Numbered from the stretch's first letter, positions 8,435 to 17,406 are shown. The stretch is DNA of 62,411 nt from a bacterium (GCA_020049135.1 JAIFLJ010000176.1:1-62411); one strand, 5' to 3'. A program made the numbers and translations. The notes: a model not told the origin generated them from the sequence alone.

Positions 8435-9742
8435 ATGAAGGTTAAAAATGCTTGGACTGCGTGGATGAAGCTTGGGGGTTTCGCTCATGCCGTATTTCTT
8501 TGCGGCTTGGTCATTGCGGTCAGGTGCGCCGTTTATGCGGCGATGGGGATGAGCCCGAATAGCGATGGGGCGGAAGACATAGCGAAGGCAATGACGATGG
8601 GGCATTTTGTGTGGAACGATCGCCCCACGCAGCTTTTATATCCGTTGCTTCTCACCCCTGTGTATTTTTTGGGGTTGCCCCTGTATCCGTTCGTTTTTGT
8701 TTTGCACACGGCGATGGCTTGCGGGATGGTGGTTTTGGGGTGGCTTGCTGTTTCTGGGTGGTTGGGAAAAACAGGCGGCTTTATCGTTGGCGTATTGCTG
8801 GCGTTGCATCTGCATTTGGCTTACACGGCGCGGTTTGTTGTTCACGACACGCTATTTTATTTTTTGCTTTCGCTTCTGGTGTGGGCTTTGGTCAGATATA
8901 TCGGGTCGTCTTGCCGAAAAAACATGGCGGTGCTGGTTCTGGTTTCTGCGGTTACTTTTTTCACGCGTCCTGAAAGTTGGGTGATGCTTTATGCGATGTG
9001 GGCGTTTCTGGCAGCGAGAAAAATGTCCGGCTTTTTGGGGTGGGCGAAAGCTGCTGCGGCCACCGTGGTGCCAACTGTTGTGGTGGCAGGTGTTTTGTTT
9101 GGCGCGTTGATTATCAGCCCGAATGTCCGCGACCGCGTTTTTTCTTTATATCACTTTAGTGCTATGTTGTGGATGTCAACGCACACTTTGGTGGATAGGG
9201 GGGGGGAGGAAGCGTCTAAAGCACGGGCTGAAGAGTATAAAAGAATTGTAAAACATAGAGAGTCTTTGGGAAGAACTGAAAAATCGAGAGCAGTCATAAA
9301 AACTTTTTTACACGAATTTAATGAGAGCACTGGTCATGTAAACAACCCCGCGATAAACTACTACTTCTCTGAAAAAGGATTCTACTATATTTTGGAACAT
9401 CCTTTGAAATATGTGGGCAAGGCCGTGGTTCGTTCTACCGTGTTGATGTGGCCCGGCTTTTATAATCATCAGTGGCATCCTGTTCGGCGATTATACGATT
9501 TGGCGGTGACGATTTTTCTTTTTGCCGGTGCCGTTTTGGCCTTGTGCCGCATTCCAGAAAAAAGAATCGTGGTCGCTGGAATATGCGTGATGGCGGCATC
9601 TATTTGGATGTTCCTTTCTTTTTACGCGGTGGATCCTGTTTTGAAGCAACGGCAGAGCCTTTTGGTTTTGATGACTTTCGTGGCTCCCGCAGGCTGGCTT
9701 TCTTTAGGAAAGCAAAAGGTCGGTAGAGAGACTTCCGTTTAA
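8435..9742 (+). CDS. Polytopic membrane protein, possible GT-C-type glycosyltransferase or polymerase
   Basis: About 10 hydrophobic segments with a hydrophilic loop after aa ~255. No soluble-enzyme motif. It contains a G9 homopolymer. Confidence 0.55.
   Translation: MKVKNAWTAWMKLGGFAHAVFLCGLVIAVRCAVYAAMGMSPNSDGAEDIAKAMTMGHFVWNDRPTQLLYPLLLTPVYFLGLPLYPFVFVLHTAMACGMVVLGWLAVSGWLGKTGGFIVGVLLALHLHLAYTARFVVHDTLFYFLLSLLVWALVRYIGSSCRKNMAVLVLVSAVTFFTRPESWVMLYAMWAFLAARKMSGFLGWAKAAAATVVPTVVVAGVLFGALIISPNVRDRVFSLYHFSAMLWMSTHTLVDRGGEEASKARAEEYKRIVKHRESLGRTEKSRAVIKTFLHEFNESTGHVNNPAINYYFSEKGFYYILEHPLKYVGKAVVRSTVLMWPGFYNHQWHPVRRLYDLAVTIFLFAGAVLALCRIPEKRIVVAGICVMAASIWMFLSFYAVDPVLKQRQSLLVLMTFVAPAGWLSLGKQKVGRETSV
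9198..9206 (+). repeat. G9 homopolymer inside the membrane-protein CDS
   Basis: gtggataGGGGGGGGGagga. It is the longest G/C run I found in the window. Confidence 0.9.
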
Positions 9743-9746
9743 AGGC

Positions 9747-10961
9747 ATGAAAAAAATTCTGTTTATCACATGGGATGGAGCTAAGCAGGGCTATGTCCAA
9801 AGCCTGTTTGTCCCTATTTTTGTAGAGCTGAGAAAAAAAGGTTATGCCTTTGAAATCATGCAGTTCACTTGGGCTGATCAGGAGGAACGAGGGCAGATCA
9901 AAAAAGTGGCGGAAGAAAACGGGATTCCTTTCGTCAGCTATTTCGCCCCAGTGCGATTTAAACATTTGAGCACCCTTGCCATGATGCTGGGAGGAGCCTT
10001 TTTGATCTGGAGATACTGTCGCGAGAAAGAAATAGGCATCGTGATGCCTCGCAGCACCATTCCGGCGGCGATGACGCTGCTGGCCAAAATCCTGTTGTCA
10101 AATATCCGAGTGGTCTTCGATGCGGATGGATTCATGCAGGATGAAAGGGTGGATTTTGCTGGGTGGAGCGAGTCGGGTTTCACTTACCGTTTTTTCCGTT
10201 GGATTGAGGCGGCGATGACGAAGCAATCTTGGAGGGTGTTGACCCGGAGTGAATTTGCCAAAGTGACGCTCCTGAAAAGATCGGGCGGATGCTGCGATGA
10301 TCGGAGTGTTTTTGTGGTAGGCAACGGGAGGGATGAAGCGCAGTTTCAGCCTTTTGATGCGGGGCAGCGCGAGAAAACAAGGCAGATGCTTGGCATTCCT
10401 TTGGAAGCCCCTTTGATCGTTTATGCTGGAGGGTTGGGGGTTCAATACTGTCCCGAAGAAATGGCCGCTTTTTTCTCCCATGTAATTCGCTTTCGTCCTG
10501 AGGCTCATTTGCTTGTTTTGAGCGCTCAGACGAAGAGATTAGAACCTTTGCTGGTTGCAAAGGGTTTGCAGGCGCACTGCCATTTTCGGTATTGTGCTCC
10601 TAGCGAAGTCCCCTCCATGCTGGCTTTGGGCGATTTGGGGCTGGCTTTCCGCAGACAAACTTTTTCCATGAAAGCCGTGTTCCCGATCAAAATAGGAGAA
10701 TATTTGCTTTGTGGTCTTCCTGTGATTTCAACCACGGGAATTGGAGATATTGATTTGTTTTTGAGAGGGAGTCAGGAAGCTTTTTTGATGGAGCACTTGG
10801 AGGATTCTGCTCTTGTCAGGGCAGCCGAATGGTTTGTGAATTTTGTTTTGCCCAACAGGGAGTCTTGTCGCCGATCGGCCAGAGAAACTGGTCTGAAGTA
10901 TTTTTCTCTCAATCAGACAGTGGATCAATACGCAGCGGCTTTTCAAGCGTGTGAAGAATGA
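9747..10961 (+). CDS. GT-B fold glycosyltransferase (GT4-like)
   Basis: N-terminal KKILFITWDG and C-terminal KIGEYLLCGLPVISTTGIGD are reminiscent of GT-B enzymes. Confidence 0.6.
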   Translation: MKKILFITWDGAKQGYVQSLFVPIFVELRKKGYAFEIMQFTWADQEERGQIKKVAEENGIPFVSYFAPVRFKHLSTLAMMLGGAFLIWRYCREKEIGIVMPRSTIPAAMTLLAKILLSNIRVVFDADGFMQDERVDFAGWSESGFTYRFFRWIEAAMTKQSWRVLTRSEFAKVTLLKRSGGCCDDRSVFVVGNGRDEAQFQPFDAGQREKTRQMLGIPLEAPLIVYAGGLGVQYCPEEMAAFFSHVIRFRPEAHLLVLSAQTKRLEPLLVAKGLQAHCHFRYCAPSEVPSMLALGDLGLAFRRQTFSMKAVFPIKIGEYLLCGLPVISTTGIGDIDLFLRGSQEAFLMEHLEDSALVRAAEWFVNFVLPNRESCRRSARETGLKYFSLNQTVDQYAAAFQACEE

Positions 10962-11047
10962 ATAGGTTTTCTATCAAATAGCGTGTTTTTTAGGGAGAGT
11001 CATGTCATTGCGGAAAGGGAAATGCGTGGGACGCAAAAGCAGCGCGG

Positions 11048-11100
11048 GCGTTGCGCCTTGGTTGGCGGTGAAAGGCCAACGCATCTTGTTTCATATTATT
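11048..11100 (+). terminator. Rho-independent terminator candidate
   Basis: GCGTTG-c-GCCTT...AAGGC-CAACGC (11-bp interrupted stem, 11048-11082) followed by the T-rich atcttgtttcatattatttc. Confidence 0.5.
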
Positions 11101-11126
11101 TCAGAGCGACTCCTAAGTGAGAAGGA

Positions 11127-11154
11127 TTGACAAATGTCAGATCTGACATAATGT
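11127..11154 (+). promoter_or_regulatory. Sigma70-like promoter with overlapping 16-bp perfect palindrome (HigBA operator candidate)
   Basis: TTGACA (11127-11132), then 16 nt, then TAATGT (11149-11154). The palindrome ATGTCAGATCTGACAT (11134-11149) fills the spacer. Confidence 0.5.
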
Positions 11155-11485
11155 GGAGAGTGTGAGCAGACCTTTACGGTGGTTGCATGGTGAGGTAAAG
11201 ACACCTCCTATGGGGCTGAGTGCTCGTCGTGAAATGGGGTTGCTATTGAGGCGTGTGCAAGAAAGAGAGAATCTATCCCTCCCCCATTCTCGTCCGATGC
11301 CAGTGATGGGGAGCCGATGCTATGAAATGAGGGTGAACGATGACAACAAGACTTGGCGGCTGGTGTATAGGATAGATGGAGATGCTGTGGTGATATTGGA
11401 GGTTTTTGAGAAAAAGACATCCCAGACGCCGAAGCATGTCATAGAGAAGTGCAAGCAGAGGTTGAAACAATACGGTTTGAGGTGA
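11153..11485 (+). CDS. higB: HigB/Gp49-like (RelE/ParE superfamily) toxin
   Basis: RPLRWLHGEVKTPP...CYEMRVNDDNKTWRLVYRIDGDAVVILEVFEKKTSQTPKHVIEKCKQRLKQY matches the phage Gp49/HigB-type toxin pattern. The toxin lies upstream of an HTH antitoxin. Confidence 0.65.
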   Translation: MESVSRPLRWLHGEVKTPPMGLSARREMGLLLRRVQERENLSLPHSRPMPVMGSRCYEMRVNDDNKTWRLVYRIDGDAVVILEVFEKKTSQTPKHVIEKCKQRLKQYGLR

Positions 11486-11787
11486 TGATGAAAAAGATAG
11501 GAAAAGGATGGGTGGAAGGTGAGGTTGAAGATTTTTTGAATCTATCGCTCGCCGATGTAGAGTATATCGAAACGCGGATGGCATTAAGTCGTTTGTTGAG
11601 GGAAGAGAGGAGAAAAAAAAAGATGACCCAAGGAGAGATGGCGGAAAAATTGCACACCAGCCAATCGCGTGTGGCAAAGATGGAGAGGTGCGATCCGAGC
11701 GTTTCTGTGGATTTGCTTTTACGATCATTGTTTGGGTTTGGGATCAAGCGCAAAGATTTGGGGTTCCTCACTACTTCGCGTGGATAA
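11485..11787 (+). CDS. higA: XRE-family HTH antitoxin (HigA-like)
   Basis: MTQGEMAEKLHTSQSRVAKMERCDPSVSVDLLLRSL is a Cro/C1 HTH. The start overlaps the toxin stop by 1 nt. Confidence 0.75.
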   Translation: MMKKIGKGWVEGEVEDFLNLSLADVEYIETRMALSRLLREERRKKKMTQGEMAEKLHTSQSRVAKMERCDPSVSVDLLLRSLFGFGIKRKDLGFLTTSRG

Positions 11788-12201
11788 GTGTAGTAAGTAG
11801 AACGACAAAAGTCATGACGCACAAGTTCAGATTTCCTAACCCACGGGGCTGATTTTTTTAAAAAAGAGAATTGAGAATGGCACTTTTGGAGTGTGGATTG
11901 GGAAATCGGGCATGGTAGCACAGTGCGTCTCGCCTGTGTTCCAACAGACTCCAAAGCAGGGATGAATGCGGCTCCCTCAGAGCTGAAAAACGGATACCAA
12001 TGACTCAAAAGATTGTCGCACGACCTGCTAGGAAACGGGCAAAAAACATTTTATATTGGTAGAGACAGTTAATCAGTATAGCATCGCACTCAATAACAGA
12101 AATGGAAAAGAAGCCGACCATTAAAAACGGATAGGCAATCAGTTTTTTGTTGGATGAAAAATAAAAGTGTGACAGCATTAAATGTGAAATAAAGGAGAGC
12201 C

Positions 12202-12999
12202 ATGTTTAACTATTTGGAAAAAATAAAAGAAGCAGTCACCTCAGAGATTATAAAAAGAGGAAGACTCAAGCATGTTTTTAAAAATAAATTGACCAATTCA
12301 GGAAAAGATGATTTTAATTGGAAACACTACAATGATCATTATCAAGAGGAGTTAAGGGTCATTCAGCGCATATACTCACTTAAATTGAGTGAGGGAGATT
12401 ATGTGTTTGAAAAGGGTAGCCTAGCAAGATCAAAAGAAATTCTTCCTCTCCATCATAATCATAGGCTTTTGTATGAAACGATATGTTTGTTAAGTCCTTT
12501 AAGTGTGGCGGAGGTGGGTTGTGGGGGCGGGGACCATCTTTACAATCTTAGTGTGCTTATGCCGGAAACAAAATTAATTGGTTATGATCGTTCTCTCGAA
12601 CAGATAAGTTTTGCATTAGAACGATCGCCCAATTTAAGAGATAAACTATACGAATTTGACATGACAATGCCTTTCTCGGATGAGCTTAAGATATCCGACA
12701 TTGCTTATACCCAAGCGGTTATTATGCATATTAAAACAGGTAATGGTCATTTGGTTGCATTATCAAACATTTTTAAAATAGCTGCAAAGCAAGTGGTTTT
12801 GATGGAAAATTGGACACAGCATTCATTTTTCGATGATATCAAACTTCTTTTTAAGAAAAAAATGATTCCATGGAAACAAATATTTTTCTATTTCAGGAGA
12901 GCCCCAGAAAATAAAAACAAGCCTCATTTGATGGTGGTTTCATCAACACCCTTGTCTTTGGAACCTTTGGAGTCTTATTCGCAATTATTGTGTTTGTAA
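12202..12999 (+). CDS. Class I SAM-dependent methyltransferase (AT-rich cassette)
   Basis: Motif I VAEVGCGGGDHL. The gene is visibly AT-rich: spot counts of two 60-nt lines gave 27% and 35% GC. Confidence 0.7.
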   Translation: MFNYLEKIKEAVTSEIIKRGRLKHVFKNKLTNSGKDDFNWKHYNDHYQEELRVIQRIYSLKLSEGDYVFEKGSLARSKEILPLHHNHRLLYETICLLSPLSVAEVGCGGGDHLYNLSVLMPETKLIGYDRSLEQISFALERSPNLRDKLYEFDMTMPFSDELKISDIAYTQAVIMHIKTGNGHLVALSNIFKIAAKQVVLMENWTQHSFFDDIKLLFKKKMIPWKQIFFYFRRAPENKNKPHLMVVSSTPLSLEPLESYSQLLCL

Positions 13000-13043
13000 G
13001 CGTGTTTTGATGGTCAAGAAATGGGCGACATGAGAAGTCGGAT

Positions 13044-13934
13044 GTGAATAAATATCATCCTGTTTTCTTGACTTGGCATTTGCTGGGTCGTTTTTGCCCT
13101 CGAGTGCTATGGGCCCGGTATGAAAGGCGGTGTCGGGCGATGGGGTTTCAGCGGTCTTATTTTTTACTCTCTTTTGATTGTGACACCGAGAGGGATATCG
13201 AAGTGGTCGAAGCCGTTCACAAGAAAATAGAGGCGTTGGGTATTTCGCCCATTTACGCCGTTCCGGGCGAATTGCTGAAGAAAGGGGAGGGTGTTTATTC
13301 GCGAATAGCTTCGCGTGGTGCCGAGTTTATCAATCACGGCTATTACACGCATACCCTTTATGTGAGGAAAACGCGAACTTATGCTGGGGTCTTTTTTTAC
13401 GATCAGTTACCTCTCGATGTGATAGGGGAAGATGTTTTGAGAGGCCATGAAGCTATTCAGGAGGTGCTGGGTGTCGAGGCGAAGGGGTTCCGGACGCCAC
13501 ATTTTGGCAGTTACCAAAAAACAGCCCACTTCAAACAGTTGCATTCGATGCTTTTGAGGATGAATTATTCGTATTCGTCTTCTTCGATGCCTTTGACCGC
13601 TTTCCAAAAGGGTCCTGTTTGGCGTAGAGAAAGGGGAGGTTTCCCAGAAATCCCAGTGATGGGGAGGTGGAGTTCACCGTTGAAAATTTTAGATTCGTGG
13701 AGTTTTCGCTTTGCGCCGAGGAGAACGGTGGGCGAGCGCGATTACGCTAGGGAGTTTCGCGCTTTAACGGATTATTTTGTCAGGCAAGGGAAGCCAGGAA
13801 TCTTTAATATTTACGCAGATCCTTCGCAAATTGAGGATTGGCCGCTTTTTTTTGATTTGCTCAGGGAAGTCTCATCCATTGCGTTGCCTTCCTATCAGAG
13901 TCTTTTAAGCGAAGTAGATGCCATTAAGCATTGA
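13044..13934 (+). CDS. Polysaccharide deacetylase-like (CE4/NodB-like) protein
   Basis: LLSFDCDTERD and INHGYYTH loosely resemble NodB motifs 1 and 2. The start codon is GTG. Confidence 0.45.
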   Translation: MNKYHPVFLTWHLLGRFCPRVLWARYERRCRAMGFQRSYFLLSFDCDTERDIEVVEAVHKKIEALGISPIYAVPGELLKKGEGVYSRIASRGAEFINHGYYTHTLYVRKTRTYAGVFFYDQLPLDVIGEDVLRGHEAIQEVLGVEAKGFRTPHFGSYQKTAHFKQLHSMLLRMNYSYSSSSMPLTAFQKGPVWRRERGGFPEIPVMGRWSSPLKILDSWSFRFAPRRTVGERDYAREFRALTDYFVRQGKPGIFNIYADPSQIEDWPLFFDLLREVSSIALPSYQSLLSEVDAIKH

Positions 13935-14031
13935 CAGGTTTGGACGCGCCTACATTGTTTGGGCGCAGGGCGAAAACGAGGATCCCAAAAAAAGCTGGAT
14001 CCGATAAAAAATCATTGGAGGGAGAGGCATT

Positions 14032-14829
14032 ATGAAAGCGGTGATTCTTGCGGGAGGGTTGGGGACGCGCATCAGCGAGGAAACGGGGACGCGACCGAAG
14101 CCGATGATCGAGATTGGGGGGAGACCTGTTCTCTGGCATATCATGAAAATCTATTCGGCTCACGGGATCAACGATTTCGTTATCTGTGTCGGATACAAGG
14201 GCTACCTCATCAAAGAATATTTTGCTAACTATTCCCTTCATCTTTCAGATGTGACCTTTGACATGAGGGAAAACAGCATGGAGGTGCATGAGAAATTTGC
14301 GGAGCCTTGGCGAGTGACGATTGTGGATACTGGCGACAGCACCGAAACAGGCGGGCGTTTGAAGCAGGTTAGAAAATATGTGGGGGAAGAGACTTTTTGC
14401 CTCACTTACGGGGATGGTGTTTCCGATGTCAACATAGCCCAAACGATCGAGGAACATCGCCGAAAGAAGCCTGCCTTGGCAACGGTGACGGCGGTCCAGC
14501 CTCCCGGGCGGTTCGGGGCTTTGGAAATGGAGGGAGACAAGGTGGTTCGTTTTCAAGAGAAGCCGCATGGCGACGGCGTTTGGATCAACGGCGGATTTTT
14601 TGTTTTGGAGCCTCAGGTGTTTGATTATATCGAAGGGAACCACATCAAATGGGAATGCGAACCGCTTCAACGGTTGGCCAGAGAAAATCAACTCAACGCT
14701 TACTATCATCGGGGTTTCTGGCAACCGATGGACACTTTGAGGGAGAAGAATCTTTTGGAAGAATTATGGGCGCAAGGCAGAGCGCCTTGGAAGGTTTGGG
14801 GCGTAGCCCAAGAGGGTTTAAATGTTTAA
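14032..14829 (+). CDS. rfbF: Glucose-1-phosphate cytidylyltransferase
   Basis: [64 protein letters not shown] is the canonical RfbF N-terminus. Confidence 0.9.
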   Translation: MKAVILAGGLGTRISEETGTRPKPMIEIGGRPVLWHIMKIYSAHGINDFVICVGYKGYLIKEYFANYSLHLSDVTFDMRENSMEVHEKFAEPWRVTIVDTGDSTETGGRLKQVRKYVGEETFCLTYGDGVSDVNIAQTIEEHRRKKPALATVTAVQPPGRFGALEMEGDKVVRFQEKPHGDGVWINGGFFVLEPQVFDYIEGNHIKWECEPLQRLARENQLNAYYHRGFWQPMDTLREKNLLEELWAQGRAPWKVWGVAQEGLNV

Positions 14830-14845
14830 GGGTTGAAAGGTTGAA

Positions 14846-15227
14846 GTGAACGGAGACCAAGTTTTTGCATTTGAAAAATTGAGGGTTTGGGAAGAATCCA
14901 GAGCTTGGGTAAAAACGGTTTATCTGCTGACACAAAATTTTCCTGATCGTGAGAAATTTGGAATGGTGTCGCAGATTAATCGGGCTTCTATCTCGGTGCC
15001 CACCAATCTCGCCGAAGGCTCAGCAAAAAAAATCATTAAAGGATCAGGCTCATTTTACCAATTTAGCTTATTCACCTCTTATGGAATGTATGAACTTGTT
15101 GATTCTTGTTTTTGGCCAGAATTATTTTTCAGAAAAATGCTTGAAAGAACAGCGGAGCTTGATAAGGGGTCTTTCATTGCAGATGAACGCTCTTCACCAA
15201 TCGCAAGTCCAACGATCAGGACGCTAG
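14846..15227 (+). pseudogene. Four-helix-bundle protein (23S rRNA intervening-sequence protein family), frameshifted in an A8 run
   Basis: The N-terminal half (FEKLRVWEESRAWVKTVYLLTQNFPDREKFGMVSQINRASISVPTNLAEGSAKK) is in the frame of 14846. The C-terminal half (SLKDQAHFTNLAYSPLMECMNLLILVFGQNYFSEKCLKEQRSLIRGLSLQMNALHQS) is in the frame of ORF 14949..15227. The switch is at A8 (15025-15032), and removing one A restores a 126-aa protein. Confidence 0.7.
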
Positions 15228-15266
15228 ACTCAACTTTTAAACCTTTAAACTCTTCAACCTTTCTAT

Positions 15267-16370
15267 ATGGGGATATTTAATAAAAAAAGAGTGTTGGTGA
15301 CTGGTCACACGGGCTTCAAGGGCACATGGCTTTGCGAATGGCTTCTCTCTTTAGGCGCGGAGGTGGTCGGGCTTGCCTTGGATCCGCCCACGGAGCCTTC
15401 GTTGTTCAATCAAATTGGGCTGGGAGGACGGCTCCAAGATATTCGCGGGGATATCCGTGATTCAGAAGGGGTGAAAAAAACAGTTTTAGAAATTGCACCA
15501 GATTTTATATTTCATCTCGCCGCCCAACCACTGGTGCGCGAGTCATATCAAAAGCCAGTGGAAACTTACGAGACGAATGTCATGGGCACTGTTCATGTTC
15601 TTGAAGCTTTGCGAGCCTATGAAGGTTCTTGCGTGGCGATCATGATCACCACGGACAAGTGTTACGAAAACAGGGAATGGATGCATGGCTATCGGGAGGA
15701 AGATCCACTTGGGGGCTATGATCCTTACAGCTCCAGCAAAGCCGCAGCGGAGATTGTGGTGGCGGCTTATCGGAGATCTTTTTTTAAAGAGGGAAAAAAA
15801 GCGGTCGCCAGTGCGCGTGCTGGGAATGTGATTGGTCCTGGAGACTGGGCCAAAGATCGCATTGTGCCCGATTGCGTCAGGGCACTCCAACAAAAAGAAG
15901 TGGTTCAAGTGAGGAATCCTCATGCTACCCGTCCTTGGCAGCATGTGCTAGAACCTTTGGGAGGATACCTTTCTCTTGCGGCGCATTTGAGCGATTCTCT
16001 TTCTAAAGGGGATCACGCCAAGTTGTCTGGGTTAGCTTCCGCTTTCAATTTTGGACCCAACGCAGAATCGAATCGCCCTGTTCGATGTTTGGTGGAAGAA
16101 ATCCTGCACCACTGGCCTGGGCAGTGGAAAGACACTTCAGACCCTCGTTCTGTGCATGAGGCCAGCTTGCTTCACTTGACTATTGATAAGGCTCGTCATT
16201 TGCTTGGCTGGCATCCCGCTTGGAATTTTCAGGAGACGATTCAAAAAACGGCAGAAGGTTATCAGGTACTTTATCGAGAAACCGCTCAGGAAGCCTGTCG
16301 CCAAATGGTGCTTGGGCAGATCCGGGAATACCAACAGAAGTCCAATCTGGTATTCAGGGAAGACGGTTGA
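15267..16370 (+). CDS. rfbG: CDP-glucose 4,6-dehydratase
   Basis: KRVLVTGHTGFKGTWLCEWLLSLGAEVVG and YSSSKAAAE (YxxxK), an RfbG-type extended SDR. Confidence 0.9.
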   Translation: MGIFNKKRVLVTGHTGFKGTWLCEWLLSLGAEVVGLALDPPTEPSLFNQIGLGGRLQDIRGDIRDSEGVKKTVLEIAPDFIFHLAAQPLVRESYQKPVETYETNVMGTVHVLEALRAYEGSCVAIMITTDKCYENREWMHGYREEDPLGGYDPYSSSKAAAEIVVAAYRRSFFKEGKKAVASARAGNVIGPGDWAKDRIVPDCVRALQQKEVVQVRNPHATRPWQHVLEPLGGYLSLAAHLSDSLSKGDHAKLSGLASAFNFGPNAESNRPVRCLVEEILHHWPGQWKDTSDPRSVHEASLLHLTIDKARHLLGWHPAWNFQETIQKTAEGYQVLYRETAQEACRQMVLGQIREYQQKSNLVFREDG

Positions 16371-16417
16371 CAAAAATAGTCCTGTAAAGTAGTTTCATCA
16401 ATGAGGTTTCAACAAAA

Positions 16418-16657
16418 ATGAAGACCATTACGGCCACAAACGCCAACCGACATTTCCAAAAGGTTTTGAGGGAGGTTTCTCGTGGAGAAGTTTTTACCGT
16501 TCTTTCACGGGGCAAAAAGGTGGCGTCCATTGTGCCAGCATCCCAAGAAGCCGAAAGGAGGCGGGAATCGGCCAAACATTCCCTGCTGAAAAGGCTTGCT
16601 GGGGAAAAAATGGTTTTGGGAGTTTCTTGGAATCGTGATGAGCTTTATGATCGTTAA
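16418..16657 (+). CDS. Phd/YefM-like antitoxin of a VapBC-type pair
   Basis: MKTITATNANRHFQKVLREVSRGEVFTVLSRGKKVASIVP. It lies immediately upstream of a PIN gene. Confidence 0.7.
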   Translation: MKTITATNANRHFQKVLREVSRGEVFTVLSRGKKVASIVPASQEAERRRESAKHSLLKRLAGEKMVLGVSWNRDELYDR

Positions 16658-16707
16658 AGATTATGGAAATTTCGCAAAGATTTTAAATCGGGTTTTAATA
16701 AATAGCG

Positions 16708-17163
16708 ATGCGAGTTGCTCTTGACACGAATATTCTGGCCTACGCCGAAGGGATTAACGATTCTGCGCGATGTATTCATGCCAGAAAAATTATAGAAAGA
16801 CTTTCAGAAATTGAAACAATGATTCCCGCCCAAGTTTTGGGAGAACTTTTTCGTGTGCTTGCCAGAAAGGCGGGTCGGGAGGTGGGGGCGGCTCGCCAGG
16901 CTGTGCTTTCATGGGCAGATAGCTTTCTTGTTGTGGATTCTACTTGGGATAGTTTCGTTATGGCGTTCGATTTGGTTGAGACGCAATCCATGAGCTTTTG
17001 GGACGCTTTGATTTTTTCTGTAGCTGTTAAGAATCGTTGTAGAATATTGTTGAGCGAAGATATGAAAACAGGTTTGACTTGGTGTGGAACCACCATCGTC
17101 AACCCATTTGCCGCCCCAGAGGATCCGCTCTTGAAGTTGGCGATGGAGAATGGATCGCTTTAA
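16708..17163 (+). CDS. vapC: PIN-domain toxin (VapC)
   Basis: MRVALDTNILAYAEG (first acidic residue) and FWDALIFSVAVKNRCRILLSEDM, typical PIN motifs. Confidence 0.8.
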   Translation: MRVALDTNILAYAEGINDSARCIHARKIIERLSEIETMIPAQVLGELFRVLARKAGREVGAARQAVLSWADSFLVVDSTWDSFVMAFDLVETQSMSFWDALIFSVAVKNRCRILLSEDMKTGLTWCGTTIVNPFAAPEDPLLKLAMENGSL

Positions 17164-17405
17164 CGAAGGTGAGAAAGGTGCTAGATCCTCGCTTTCTTGC
17201 GAAGAGCGTGAATGGTTACAGAGTGGGGAGGATCCGCGTAAATTGCTACAAAAGGCAACTCTGGAAAACTGGTTGGGCGGTCTTGAATCGTCGGAGACTT
17301 TTAAAGAAACGCCCGTTTTCATTCAGAAATCTTTGCGGCATGAATGGGATTGATTTTGTTTTCGACACCAATATCTTGTGGGTCATTAAAAAATGGAGGA
17401 ATTAA
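17150..17405 (+). pseudogene. Decayed second TA module: antitoxin-like ORF plus 21-aa PIN N-terminal stub
   Basis: ORF 17150..17353 overlaps by 14 nt a short ORF (ATG 17340) encoding MNGIDFVFDTNILWVIKKWRN-stop. FVFDTNIL is a PIN N-terminal signature, and the rest of the domain is missing. Confidence 0.3.
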
Positions 17406-17406
17406 A

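Noticed and set aside
11028-11040. GGGACGCAAAAGC, reminiscent of the GGGACGCAAAGCC core of c-di-GMP-I (GEMM) riboswitches
   Set aside because: It has one extra A, and I could not find the paired GCAAA/tetraloop-receptor architecture around it. The adjacent sequence folds convincingly as the terminator of the upstream GT gene, and the next gene has its own promoter.
11439-12008. 189-aa minus-strand ORF covering higA and part of the 410-nt spacer before the AT-rich methyltransferase
   Set aside because: It overlaps the clear HTH antitoxin on the other strand and has no motif. The spacer 11788-12201 showed no tRNA-like or repeat structure that I could support.
13935-14031. GGATCC...GGATCC and GCGCC...GGCGC short inverted repeats upstream of rfbF
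   Set aside because: The stems are only 5-6 bp with long loops. This is not distinguishable from chance and there is no T-tract.
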